Notes under the pieces: model-generated
The model's database searches: none
Told to the model about the DNA's origin: nothing
The model's input: only the letters and a program-made list of their open reading frames with translations
Shown: one piece after another, positions 30,273 to 38,277 of the stretch
Layout of the letters: each line of letters begins with the position of its first letter
Numbering within the stretch: position 1 is the stretch's first letter
Translations under genes and position numbers: made by a program
Assembly: GCA_016202395.1 (NCBI GenBank)
Contig: JACQOV010000070.1
Coordinates: forward strand, 1-38,277
DNA: 38,277 nucleotides
Source of the DNA: Deltaproteobacteria bacterium
Lineage (GTDB): Bacteria; JACQOV01
Reading direction: 5' to 3'

Positions 30273-32639
30273 CTATTTGTTTCCCAGCAGAAGGGAAAAA
30301 TCATTGGATTCCCCATTGAGTGACAAGATATCTAAGGCTCCATCATGATTCACATCTCCTAAAATAATTCTCATTGGCTCTTTCCCAACATCGTAACGGA
30401 CAGGATCTTTAAATTCTCCTTCCCCTAATCCCAATAACACCGAAACGTCATTAGAACCCGCGTTGGTAGTTAGGATATCGAGCAAGCCGTCTCCGTTGAC
30501 ATCTCCTATGGCAACGTCGTCGGGATCATCCCCCACCTTAAACTCACGAGCCTGTCCAAAATCTCCATTAAAAAGAATGGAGACGCTATCGTCGGCCGGC
30601 TGGGTCATCACAATGTCCAAAAAATTGCCTCCATCCCCATCGAAGTCCCCAACTTCAATGGTCTCCAAAGGTTTTTCAGAGGAAACAATCATCGGAGAAT
30701 TGAAAAGATCGGTTGGGCTTCCAGTCCCCAATAAAATCGAAATATTGATGGAACCGCTATTCCCAGTTAAGATATCTAAAAAACTATCCTTGTTTACATC
30801 AACGAGTAAAATGGAAACCGGATTGACTCCCCCTTCTCCAATCGAGAAAAGAGAGGGAGATTCGAAGGTGAGATCTCCATTCCCTAAAAATACACTGACA
30901 TTATCGGAACGAAGATTTGTTGTGACGACATCTAAATTCCCATCTTTATCGATGTCCCCCAATGCTAGGCGATGATTATAATCCCCGCCGGTGGGATAAG
31001 AGTTTTTCATCTGAAAATTCCCTTTTCCATCTCCCTGGAAAAGGATAATCTCATCCGCGCCTAGATCGGAGGTGACCGCATCTAAATGGTGATCACTATT
31101 AAAATCTCCTAGAGCTACAAAAACGAGATCCAACTCATCAGTGATATACCGACCTGCTGCATTGAATTTGCTATTTACAGAATCCCAAAGGAATACTTCC
31201 ATCCCATCCCGAGAATATGAAGTAATGGCTACCACGTCCAAATCACCATCGTGATCTAAATCCCCTGTGGCAATGGACTCCGCATCTTCTCCAATAGAGT
31301 AGCGAGGACCTGCAATCGGCTGATTCTTACCCGAATTCTGATCATAGATTAAAGGGGTTATTTTATCTGCGGTGCTGTTAACTACCCCAAGATCAATATT
31401 TCCATTACTTTCAGTGCGCGAATCCAGATCCCCCGCAGCTACGGAAGTAATTCCTGCGCCTAGATCATAAATGGAAATAGGGGTGTGCCAAATGATGGAA
31501 CCCAGACTACCCAGGAGACGGGTTAAAGAGGAACTAAAGGAAACGTATCCGCCTGTAAACGCATCGAGAGCCCCATCTTTATCCTGATCAGCTAGAATGA
31601 TGAAATCAGCATATCCAGAAACAGACTGATCATAAACGCGCTGAAATGTCCCTGTGTTATTTCCACGAAGATTCGTTAAAGTTCTAGATCCTGAATTAGC
31701 CGTAACAATATCCAAATCCCCATCTTGTTCTAAATCCCCTAAGGCTACCGACGCAGGGCCATTATCAACGCCAAAGCGAGCCCCTCCAGGAAAAATTCCA
31801 TCCCCTTCATTTAAAAAGACGGAAATATCATTAGAAATTTTATTCGCAGTAACGATATCCAGAGAACCGTCATCGTTGAGATCCCCCAAAGCAATGGAAA
31901 CAGGAGTATCTCCAGTAATGTACGAAACCGCGGAATCAAACACTCCGGAACGGCTTATGAGAACAGAAACGGTATCGGAACTAGAGTCGGCGGTCACAAC
32001 ATCTACAAAGTCGTCTTCATTCAAATCCCCCAAAGCTATCGATAAAGGGGTTCCACCCACATTATAAGAACCTGAATTCGTAAAGCCTCCAAAGCTATCC
32101 CCCAGAAGTAGCGTGATATCATTAGAACCTTTGTTGGTAGTAACGATGTCTAGATTCCCATCTCGATTCATATCCTCTGTAGCCACTGCACTCGGCTCAC
32201 TTCCGGTAGCAAAAGTGGTTTGGGCTTCGAATCTTCCATCTCCGTTTCCCAACAAAATCGAAACATCATTAGAACCTTGATTAATCACTGCTGCATCAAG
32301 ATTCCCGTCTTTATTAAAATCATCAAAAATTGCCATCTTAGGAATAGAACCGGTCTCATAAGAACCTTTTGGAAAAGTTCCATTTCCAATTCCATTCAAG
32401 TCATCGCAGAAATCCCCTTTTCCATCAAAATCACGATCGATCTGACCCGCATTGGAGATAGTAGGGCAATTGTCCTTTGAATCTAAAAGGCCATCCCGAT
32501 CGGTATCCTTGAGGAAACGAACATCGTCGGGAACAACTTTATCTAACCAACTACGGAGATTTAAATCTTCCTTAAGAGTAATCCCAAAAGATAAAAGAAT
32601 AGCGATACTGGCGATAACAAATACAATCTGTCTCTTCAT
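30273..32639 (-). CDS. FG-GAP/VCBS repeat protein with a thrombospondin type-3 Ca-binding repeat
   Basis: DTDRDGLLDSKDNCP..DFDGKGDFCD, then many GD(L/F/V)NxDGxLDIVTxN..VSVLLG repeats; N-terminal hydrophobic segment. Confidence 0.9.
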   Translation of the reverse strand: MKRQIVFVIASIAILLSFGITLKEDLNLRSWLDKVVPDDVRFLKDTDRDGLLDSKDNCPTISNAGQIDRDFDGKGDFCDDLNGIGNGTFPKGSYETGSIPKMAIFDDFNKDGNLDAAVINQGSNDVSILLGNGDGRFEAQTTFATGSEPSAVATEDMNRDGNLDIVTTNKGSNDITLLLGDSFGGFTNSGSYNVGGTPLSIALGDLNEDDFVDVVTADSSSDTVSVLISRSGVFDSAVSYITGDTPVSIALGDLNDDGSLDIVTANKISNDISVFLNEGDGIFPGGARFGVDNGPASVALGDLEQDGDLDIVTANSGSRTLTNLRGNNTGTFQRVYDQSVSGYADFIILADQDKDGALDAFTGGYVSFSSSLTRLLGSLGSIIWHTPISIYDLGAGITSVAAGDLDSRTESNGNIDLGVVNSTADKITPLIYDQNSGKNQPIAGPRYSIGEDAESIATGDLDHDGDLDVVAITSYSRDGMEVFLWDSVNSKFNAAGRYITDELDLVFVALGDFNSDHHLDAVTSDLGADEIILFQGDGKGNFQMKNSYPTGGDYNHRLALGDIDKDGNLDVVTTNLRSDNVSVFLGNGDLTFESPSLFSIGEGGVNPVSILLVDVNKDSFLDILTGNSGSINISILLGTGSPTDLFNSPMIVSSEKPLETIEVGDFDGDGGNFLDIVMTQPADDSVSILFNGDFGQAREFKVGDDPDDVAIGDVNGDGLLDILTTNAGSNDVSVLLGLGEGEFKDPVRYDVGKEPMRIILGDVNHDGALDILSLNGESNDFSLLLGNK

Positions 32640-32678
32640 AATGCGCCTCCTCTGTGGCTCACGTTCTTTATTGCCTAC

Positions 32679-32840
32679 TTACCGGGTGGCCATGATAACA
32701 CCAAAAGAGATGATGACCAAAGCGACGGAGAGGCCGATCAAGGCCCCCACAACGATCTGTTCAGTTGTAAATCGTTTAAGAAGGTCCTTTAGCCCCTTTG
32801 CCTTCCGCATAGAATTTGCTTTTTTCATCCTTTTCTTCAT
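32679..32840 (-). CDS. 53-aa basic single-pass membrane protein
   Basis: SD GGAGG; MKKRMKKANSMRKAKG followed by a hydrophobic helix; first ORF after the sigma54 promoter. Confidence 0.7.
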   Translation of the reverse strand: MKKRMKKANSMRKAKGLKDLLKRFTTEQIVVGALIGLSVALVIISFGVIMATR

Positions 32841-32878
32841 GTTTCCTCCTGTCCGTTTCGTTTCTAGCCCCTTTGTTA

Positions 32879-32894
32879 TGCAAATTCCATGCCA
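32879..32894 (-). promoter_or_regulatory. Sigma54 (-24/-12) promoter
   Basis: Minus strand TGGCATGGAATTTGCA (GG-N10-GC). Confidence 0.8.
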
Positions 32895-32908
32895 AAAAGG
32901 ATAAATCA

Positions 32909-32921
32909 TAACTCATTGATA
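32909..32921 (-). promoter_or_regulatory. IHF binding site
   Basis: Minus strand TATCAA-TGAG-TTA matches WATCAANNNNTTR, 14 nt upstream of the -24/-12 motif. Confidence 0.65.
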
Positions 32922-32955
32922 TTATTAGATGATTTAAAACACATCGATTTGGACT

Positions 32956-32984
32956 TTGAAGAAAGTGAGTCAATAGGATACAAT
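32956..32984 (+). promoter_or_regulatory. hemL sigma70 promoter (TTGAAG-17-TACAAT)
   Basis: Near-consensus boxes ending 10 nt before the ATG. Confidence 0.6.
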
Positions 32985-32994
32985 TTAGCCAGAA

Positions 32995-34275
32995 ATGATG
33001 AAAAATTGTTATAGCGAGGCCTGCGAGTATTTGGTGGGGGGGGTCAATAGCCCCGTGAGGGCATTCCGCGCGATGGGACGAGAGCCTATCTTTGTCGCAC
33101 GGGCCAAAGGCCCTTACGTCTGGGACACCGAAAGCCGAAGATACATCGATCTTATCGGCTCGTGGGGCCCGATGATTCTGGGGCATGCTCATCCTAAAAT
33201 CACTCAAGCCCTCCGGAAGGCAGCCGAAAAAGGGACAAGTTACGGTCTGCCCACTTGGAAAGAGGTAGAACTCGCCCAAGAAATTCGGAGGCGTTTTCCA
33301 TCGATGGAGCGGATCCGGATGACCTCTTCGGGAACCGAGGCCACGATGAGCGCCATCCGTCTGGCACGAGGTTTTACAAAACGGGAGCGCATCATCAAAT
33401 TTGAAGGCTCTTATCACGGCCACGTCGATTCTCTCTTAGTGCGGGCAGGATCGGGGGCCGCCACCTTAGGGACGCCCGATAGCGCTGGCGTTCCCCCAAG
33501 TTTCGTTGCGACCACACTTTCACTCCCTTACAACAACGCTGAAGCTTTCAAAAAGGTCATGAACGAACAAGGGGAAACGATTGCAGTAGTCATTGTGGAA
33601 CCTGTAGCCGGGAATATGGGGGTGATCCCTCCTTTCCTTGAGTTTCTAAAAATTTTACGAACGGAAACAGAACGTCATAAAACCCTTTTAATCTTTGACG
33701 AAGTCATGACCGGCTTTCGTGTGGCCTGGGGTGGAGCCCAAGAGTTGTTTGGGATTCAACCGGATCTCACCTGTTTGGGAAAAATTGTGGGGGGCGGTCT
33801 TCCTGTTGGAGCTTTTGGCGGGAGAAAAGAGATTATGGAACTCCTGGCTCCGCTGGGCCCCGTTTATCAAGCGGGAACACTCTCAGGAAACCCTCTGGCA
33901 GTGGCAGCTGGGCTTGCCACACTTCAGGAATTGCGCCGACCCACCTACAAAATTCTCGAAAAAAGAGGGGCTTTTCTACAAAAAGGGATTGAGAAAAAGG
34001 CTCAAGAGGCGGGAATTCCGGTGATTTGCCAAAGGGTCGGCTCGATGCTCACCGTTTTCTTTAGCGAGAAACCGATCCACAATTACGAAGAGGTTCAACA
34101 AACGGAGACCCAACGCTTTGCCCGTTTCTTTAACGCCCTTCTCGATCGCGGGGTTTTAATCCCTCCTTCGGCGTTTGAGGCCTGGTTTCTGTCGCTAGCG
34201 CATACAGAATCGATTTTAAAAAACGTGGTTGAAGCGATTGGAGAAAGTTTCCAAGAGATCACTCAAAACCTTTAA
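32995..34275 (+). CDS. hemL: Glutamate-1-semialdehyde 2,1-aminomutase
   Basis: [37 protein letters not shown] and [10 protein letters not shown] motifs. Confidence 0.97.
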   Translation: MMKNCYSEACEYLVGGVNSPVRAFRAMGREPIFVARAKGPYVWDTESRRYIDLIGSWGPMILGHAHPKITQALRKAAEKGTSYGLPTWKEVELAQEIRRRFPSMERIRMTSSGTEATMSAIRLARGFTKRERIIKFEGSYHGHVDSLLVRAGSGAATLGTPDSAGVPPSFVATTLSLPYNNAEAFKKVMNEQGETIAVVIVEPVAGNMGVIPPFLEFLKILRTETERHKTLLIFDEVMTGFRVAWGGAQELFGIQPDLTCLGKIVGGGLPVGAFGGRKEIMELLAPLGPVYQAGTLSGNPLAVAAGLATLQELRRPTYKILEKRGAFLQKGIEKKAQEAGIPVICQRVGSMLTVFFSEKPIHNYEEVQQTETQRFARFFNALLDRGVLIPPSAFEAWFLSLAHTESILKNVVEAIGESFQEITQNL

Positions 34276-34672
34276 TCGATTTTCGCAGCGTTTTCTTTTC
34301 GGCCTGAAATCGCTTGTCGGCCAAGAGTTTTTCTTTGGCCCGCTTGGAGCGCCTCCGTTTCTGGCGTCGAATCTTGGCAATCCTTTGCTGCTCCGCACTC
34401 CAAGCTCCAAGGATCTTCTCCTCAATTTTATCGAGGAGTAACCGTCGGGCTAAGAATCGATTTAACGCCTGGGAGCGTTCCTGTTGGCATTTCACCTGAA
34501 TCCCGGTGGGACGATGGAGCAAAACGACACAGCTGGAGGTTTTATTGACCTTTTGTCCCCCCGCCCCTGAAGATCGAACGAAACTCTCCTCCACATCCTC
34601 TTCTCGAACCCCCAAACGCTCCATCTTTTCGGCTAATAGCTTGGCCTTTGCCGGAGAAACAGGAAAATCCAT
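34259..34672 (-). CDS. Codon-independent peptidyl-tRNA hydrolase / release-factor-like protein (ArfB/C12orf65-type)
   Basis: [12 protein letters not shown] (GGQ), ERSQALNR and a highly basic C-terminal tail. Confidence 0.85.
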   Translation of the reverse strand: MDFPVSPAKAKLLAEKMERLGVREEDVEESFVRSSGAGGQKVNKTSSCVVLLHRPTGIQVKCQQERSQALNRFLARRLLLDKIEEKILGAWSAEQQRIAKIRRQKRRRSKRAKEKLLADKRFQAEKKTLRKSIKGFE

Positions 34673-34733
34673 TACTCAATTTTACAGGATTTGATCCCCA
34701 AATGCGAGCGCTTATTGACTTCGTGCGTCAAAA

Positions 34734-35015
34734 ATGGTACTTGAGACAGCGGTGAAACCAAAAGAGCCCCCGAAAAAGCCTCGAGAATGGCTTGAGTGGG
34801 GAATTTATTTTACACTGGGAACAGAGGTGGCTCTTTGTGTGATCGTGGGGCTTTTTCTGGGATACGGTTTAGATCGATGGTTAGGAACATCCCCGCTTTT
34901 CATTATGGTTCTGGCCCTCGGGGGGCTGAGCGCAGGAATTTACAATCTAGTCCGAAATCTTAAACGCTATGACGGATCTCAAAACTCAGGCAAATCCGAA
35001 ACTCACTCGCATTGA
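34734..35015 (+). CDS. atpZ: AtpZ/AtpI-family protein (start may be the GTG at 34752)
   Basis: GLFLGYGLDRWLGTSP motif; first gene of the F0 cluster. Confidence 0.8.
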   Translation: MVLETAVKPKEPPKKPREWLEWGIYFTLGTEVALCVIVGLFLGYGLDRWLGTSPLFIMVLALGGLSAGIYNLVRNLKRYDGSQNSGKSETHSH

Positions 35016-35364
35016 GCGATGGGGTTTTCTTTGGCTACTCGTTCTTTGCGCGGGGAGCCTGGTGTGGAGATCCACGCCCCTCCTCTTGGGCATCCTCTTG
35101 GGAGGGTTTTTGATCCTCATCAACTTTCATTTTCTTCAATCGATCCTTCGAAAATTGTTCAATCAGGAGCAACCTTCTTCCGCAAAATGGATCTTCTTGC
35201 TCCTGGGGAAATTTCTGGGTTTGATTGGAATCCTGGTTTGGCTGATCGCTTCGTTAAAAGTGGATGTAATCGGTTTAGGCATCGGAATCACCACACTGTT
35301 TTTAGCCCTTTTCTCGGAATCGATCCAAAGTCTTTTGAAGAAAGGATCTCCGCATGGAGCATAG
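34969..35364 (+). CDS. atpI: ATP synthase protein I
   Basis: Four hydrophobic helices; lies between atpZ and atpB. Confidence 0.75.
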   Translation: MTDLKTQANPKLTRIERWGFLWLLVLCAGSLVWRSTPLLLGILLGGFLILINFHFLQSILRKLFNQEQPSSAKWIFLLLGKFLGLIGILVWLIASLKVDVIGLGIGITTLFLALFSESIQSLLKKGSPHGA

Positions 35365-36046
35365 CGCAACCTTTTTCTCTTTGATCCCGATTTTAAAAAA
35401 CATTCCTGTCCAGATCGTAGCCGGAGGGTTGGTAACCGTATTGCTCTTTTTAGTGGCCACAAAGATCTTCCGAGAACTCCAAAATCCTGAAAATTATGTG
35501 ATTCCCCACGCTCAACTGGGGATTGTCGGTTTTTTTGAATTAATCGTCGAGGGCGCTTTGGGAGTGCTGGAAGGGATTTTAGGCAAAGAGGCCAAATATT
35601 ATCTCCCCTTGGTGGGAACAGTCTTTATTCTAATCCTTTTCTCGAATCTTATCGGCTTAATCCCTGGATTCTATTCTCCCACAACCAATCTAAACACCAC
35701 GATTGCATGGGCCTCTATTATCTTTATTCTCTACAATTATTATGGTTTTCGCGCTCATGGGGTTGCCTACCTCAAACACTTCGCGGGCCCTGTTCTGTGG
35801 CTAGCCCCTCTCATGCTCGTGATTGAAATCATTAGTCATCTCGTTCGCCCAGTATCGCTCTCCCTTCGACTTTTTCTCAACATGACCGGAGACCATTTCG
35901 TCCTAGGAATTTTCTCAAACCTCACACACCTTGTGATCCCAGCCATTTTTATGGCGCTTGGGGTTTTTGTTTCGCTCATTCAAGCTTTCGTTTTCGCCAT
36001 GTTATCAACAATCTATATTGCATTATCAACGGCCCATGAACACTAA
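35354..36046 (+). CDS. atpB: F0 ATP synthase subunit a
   Basis: SNLIGLIPG, RPVSLSLRLF.NM and IQAFVF motifs. Confidence 0.96.
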   Translation: MEHSATFFSLIPILKNIPVQIVAGGLVTVLLFLVATKIFRELQNPENYVIPHAQLGIVGFFELIVEGALGVLEGILGKEAKYYLPLVGTVFILILFSNLIGLIPGFYSPTTNLNTTIAWASIIFILYNYYGFRAHGVAYLKHFAGPVLWLAPLMLVIEIISHLVRPVSLSLRLFLNMTGDHFVLGIFSNLTHLVIPAIFMALGVFVSLIQAFVFAMLSTIYIALSTAHEH

Positions 36047-36070
36047 TCCAAAGAAGGAGGAGAAAATAAA

Positions 36071-36445
36071 ATGATAAGGAAGTGGTTTTTAAGATTGGCG
36101 GCATTAGGAACGCTCGCTAGCTCGCTGGCTCCAGGAATGGCTCTTGCGGTCGAAGGAGAGGAACCGGCAACAGACGCTGCAATGGCAAGCGCTGCCACAG
36201 CAGAAACGTCATCCTCCGTATCAAGTTTAGGGATTGCATTGGCAGGAGGAATTGGAATTGGGATCGCGGCTTTTGGAGGCGCTTTAGGTCAGGGAAGAAC
36301 AATGGCGGCCGCCCTGGAAGGGATTGCGCGCAACCCCGAGGCGTCTGGAAAAATCCAAACCCCTATGATCATCGGTCTGGCGCTCATCGAATCGCTGGTC
36401 ATTTATGCCTTGCTGATTGCCCTGATGCTCGTAGGCAAGATATAG
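36071..36445 (+). CDS. atpE: F0 ATP synthase subunit c with N-terminal signal-like extension
   Basis: [14 protein letters not shown] and LIESLVIY motifs; SD AGGAGG. Confidence 0.95.
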   Translation: MIRKWFLRLAALGTLASSLAPGMALAVEGEEPATDAAMASAATAETSSSVSSLGIALAGGIGIGIAAFGGALGQGRTMAAALEGIARNPEASGKIQTPMIIGLALIESLVIYALLIALMLVGKI

Positions 36446-36454
36446 CTGTTCTTT

Positions 36455-37186
36455 TCACAGTGGCTGCAGGAGTTTACAGAGCCTATCCGGACGGTCTGTC
36501 ATGATCCCATCGACGCCGTCCGAGATGAGCTTTTTCATCTCTTCTACAGCATTGGCCACGTATGGATAAACTTTCCATCGAGCTTTATGAGCTTGCTCCA
36601 CCCGTTGAGAGGTAACCGATGTCCACTCGGGATGGATTGAGATCGGGCCAATCGCCTTTGCAAACTGGAAAGCCTGTTCCCAATAATTCCCGGTTAATAA
36701 AATTGCCAAAGGGATTTTCTTCTCTTGCTTGCGAAATTCTAGAAGAAGAGGCCACTGGAAGGAAGAGAGAATGCATCGCGCCTGCGGATAAGTTTGAAGA
36801 ACCTTTAGCGCCGAGGCAATCAAGAGAGAAGGATCGGAGTGGTTCGCTTTGAGCTCCAAGTTCAAAGCAACGCGACCCCCGAAGCGCTCTAAAACCTGTT
36901 GAAGTGTGGGGATCCGCTCTTGAGAAAACCGAGGATCAAACCAACTCCCCACATCGAACCGTTGAAGATCCTCAAGGGAAGCGCTTTCAATAGAAATATC
37001 TTTTCCCGCAGTGCGGAGTAAGTTGCTGTCATGACAAATAACAACCTTTCCATCGCGCGTGACATGCAAATCCATCTCAATCATGTCAGCCCCCTGCTGA
37101 ATTGCCAATTCAAAAGCAGCCATCGTGTTCTCCGGAGCGTGCGCGGAGGCCCCACGATGAGCGATATTGAGAATCTTCTTCTTCAT
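36455..37186 (-). CDS. glpQ: Glycerophosphodiester phosphodiesterase
   Basis: IAHRGAS..PENT, IEMDLH, HD, NLELK and GVDGIMTD motifs; ATGA overlap with the ftsY stop. Confidence 0.9.
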   Translation of the reverse strand: MKKKILNIAHRGASAHAPENTMAAFELAIQQGADMIEMDLHVTRDGKVVICHDSNLLRTAGKDISIESASLEDLQRFDVGSWFDPRFSQERIPTLQQVLERFGGRVALNLELKANHSDPSLLIASALKVLQTYPQARCILSSFQWPLLLEFRKQEKKIPLAILLTGNYWEQAFQFAKAIGPISIHPEWTSVTSQRVEQAHKARWKVYPYVANAVEEMKKLISDGVDGIMTDRPDRLCKLLQPL

Positions 37187-38133
37187 GATAGGAATAAAGA
37201 CCTCACAAATTCCTCTGATGAAAATGGGATTAACGCTTCTAGAGTTTCTCCAATTCCAACGAAATAAACAGGGATCTGAAAAGACTGCGCCACGGCAATC
37301 AGGCTTCCCCCTTTTGCGGAGCCATCGAGTTTTGTAATCACCAGGCCTGAAACTGAGAGGGCCTTTTGAAACTGTCGAACCTGCTCTACCGTATTGATGC
37401 CCAGTGTCCCATCTAAAACCAACCACGTCTCATGAGGGGCTTGAGGCAACGCCTTGGCGCTGACCCTTTGAATTTTCTTGAGCTGATCCATCAATGGCGC
37501 TTCGGTATGAAGCCTCCCCGCGGAATCGATCAAAACCACATCCATTCCCTTCGCCTTTGCCGATTCAATGGCCTGAAAAGCGATCGAGGCAGGATCCGCC
37601 CCCTCCTGCCCCATAACGCAGGGAATCTGTAATCGATCCGCCCAGGTTTTGAGTTGGCCCGTAGCCCCTGCGCGAAAGGTGTCGGCCGCCGCCAGCAACA
37701 CACTTCTCCCCTCTTTTTGAAACCCGTGAGCGACTTTAGCGATCGTCGTCGTCTTCCCAACCCCATTGACTCCAACAAACAAGATGACAAAAGGCTTTTC
37801 TCGAACCGAAACAGCCCGCTCTAACTTTTTGAGATCCGATCGAATTGCTTCCCGAAGTTTCTCTAAGAGAGGACCCCGATGATTCTGCTCCTGAAGACGC
37901 GATAGAAGTTGTTCTGTCACCTGAGGCCCCACATCGACCGCTAACAATGCTTCCCTTACCGATTCTAAGGTTGTTCCTTTGCCTTTAGATACCACCCCCT
38001 TGAAAATTTCGCGCGTTTTACTTAAGGCAAGAGAGACCGAGACCTTCTCAGAAGACTTTCGTTTCCTCCGAAGAAGGAGAAACGCTCCGACCCCAACGGC
38101 AACAATTAGGATAGCTCCAACCGCAATCAACAT
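37183..38133 (-). CDS. ftsY: SRP receptor FtsY with N-terminal transmembrane helix
   Basis: GVNGVGKTTT, DTFRAGA, DSAGR, TKLDGSAKGG and GIGE motifs. Confidence 0.95.
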   Translation of the reverse strand: MLIAVGAILIVAVGVGAFLLLRRKRKSSEKVSVSLALSKTREIFKGVVSKGKGTTLESVREALLAVDVGPQVTEQLLSRLQEQNHRGPLLEKLREAIRSDLKKLERAVSVREKPFVILFVGVNGVGKTTTIAKVAHGFQKEGRSVLLAAADTFRAGATGQLKTWADRLQIPCVMGQEGADPASIAFQAIESAKAKGMDVVLIDSAGRLHTEAPLMDQLKKIQRVSAKALPQAPHETWLVLDGTLGINTVEQVRQFQKALSVSGLVITKLDGSAKGGSLIAVAQSFQIPVYFVGIGETLEALIPFSSEEFVRSLFLS

Positions 38134-38157
38134 CGCGTGTGGAGTTTACCATTTCAA

Positions 38158-38277
38158 TCATAGAAGACAAGCACCTGTACTGGACGGGTACATCGGTAAC
38201 ACTTTATGATGTTGGTAATGGAAGGCGATGGGGGTTTGATATCCCAGGGCCTGATGGGGTCGATGGAAGTTATATTC
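38158..38277 (-). CDS. Integrase-core transposase, C-terminal 39 aa (gene continues beyond the window)
   Basis: EYNFHRPHQALGYQTP matches the YNxxRPHxxLxxxTP signature. Confidence 0.85.
   Translation of the reverse strand, partial: EYNFHRPHQALGYQTPIAFHYQHHKVLPMYPSSTGACLL
38176..38277 (-). mobile_element. End of an IS481-like insertion sequence
   Basis: Putative terminus TGT at 38176 (+ strand), with the transposase reading through it. Confidence 0.65.

Noticed and set aside
32679-32840. Type IV/Flp pilin call for the 53-aa protein
   Set aside because: KR-FTTEQ lacks the G(-1) and E(+5) of the prepilin motif.
37187-37426. N-terminal 80 aa of the 323-aa glpQ ORF
   Set aside because: Overlaps ftsY; the domain begins at ATG 37186.

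Overview
Bacterial chromosomal window. The split F0-only atp cluster, tandem DUF507 pair, CIRCE-controlled groESL and a sigma54 promoter suggest a deltaproteobacteria-like lineage (inference). The housekeeping backbone is lutABC, rplU-rpmA-obgE-proBA-nadD-rsfS, gpmI, TPR/LolB-like lipoproteins, an opp/dpp ABC transporter, groESL, hemL, an ArfB-like factor, atpZ-I-B-E, glpQ and ftsY. Accessory DNA is interleaved with it: (i) a 126-nt branched palindromic element sitting exactly between the Shine-Dalgarno and the ATG of rpmA; (ii) a signal-peptide-bearing 'shell-less' mini-Rhs protein followed by an MNT-HEPN pair; (iii) two AAA_14/DUF4143 ATPases, each with a palindrome at its start; (iv) a ~3.1-kb island bounded by a 73-bp perfect direct repeat, one copy of which ends an unannotated 49-aa chimeric DUF507 mini-gene; (v) an IHF/sigma54-driven operon (small membrane protein, FG-GAP/TSP3 protein, reprolysin-like metalloprotease) whose three products share an N-terminal hydrophobic 'SFG' segment, and which is cut by an IS630 that joins it to an unrelated antiporter fragment; (vi) the end of an IS481-like element at the right edge. 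No rRNA, tRNA or CRISPR array was seen. All calls come from reading the sequence by eye; no searches were run.
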